From Lama glama (taxonomy: Eukaryota): a stretch of 64,000 nucleotides of DNA. Below, piece after piece: positions 63,871 through 64,000 of this stretch. The position numbers were made by a program, and so were the translations under genes. Each line of letters opens with the position of its first letter. Position 1 is the first letter of the stretch. The notes under the pieces were generated by a model that searched no databases, was not told the origin of the DNA, and saw only the letters and a list, made by a program, of their open reading frames with translations. Location of the stretch: NCBI GenBank assembly GCA_028534125.1, contig CM052816.1, positions 30,940,001 to 31,004,000 on the forward strand, read 5' to 3'.

Positions 63871-64000
63871 ATAAGCCCATATAATAAGAATAACGTAATT
63901 TATTATTCTCATAAAAGTATGGCATAAGTAATTATGTGGCAAATATTGTTTTTACTATATGATTGATAGATCATCTTCATTAGAAAGAAGCACAACAAAG

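Noticed and set aside
1..64000. CRISPR arrays, operons or prokaryote-type systems
   Set aside because: No repeat-spacer arrays or gene-dense ORFs; the sequence is mammalian repeat-rich DNA.

Overview
Mammalian nuclear DNA, AT-rich, repeat-dense and apparently non-coding (intergenic or a large intron), with one 500-N assembly gap at 33232-33731. The repeats point to a camelid (alpaca, llama or camel): there are two tRNA(Ala)-derived vic-1-like SINEs and several L1 3' ends of one lineage-specific type, and I saw no Alu, B1/B2, Bov-tA/BovB, PRE1 or Can-SINE copies. I can support no protein-coding gene, RNA gene or CRISPR array. The listed ORFs are short chance frames or come from repeats. Much of the window is L1, L2, MIR, MaLR (MLT1) LTRs and hAT/Tigger MITEs; subfamily names come from remembered consensus motifs and boundaries are approximate. 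Most notable observations: (1) an L1 with only 5'UTR+ORF1, no ORF2 and no poly(A), flanked by a perfect 19-bp TSD (9368-11549); (2) a young CpG-rich L1 promoter inserted into an older L1 and running into a probably undersized gap; (3) a twin-primed, 5'-inverted L1; (4) a minus-strand 15-nt microexon candidate with SRRM4-type upstream architecture (4320-4334); (5) a motif-dense promoter/enhancer candidate at about 23.0-23.65 kb. I see no convincing evidence of a wholly new biological system; the findings are testable hypotheses.
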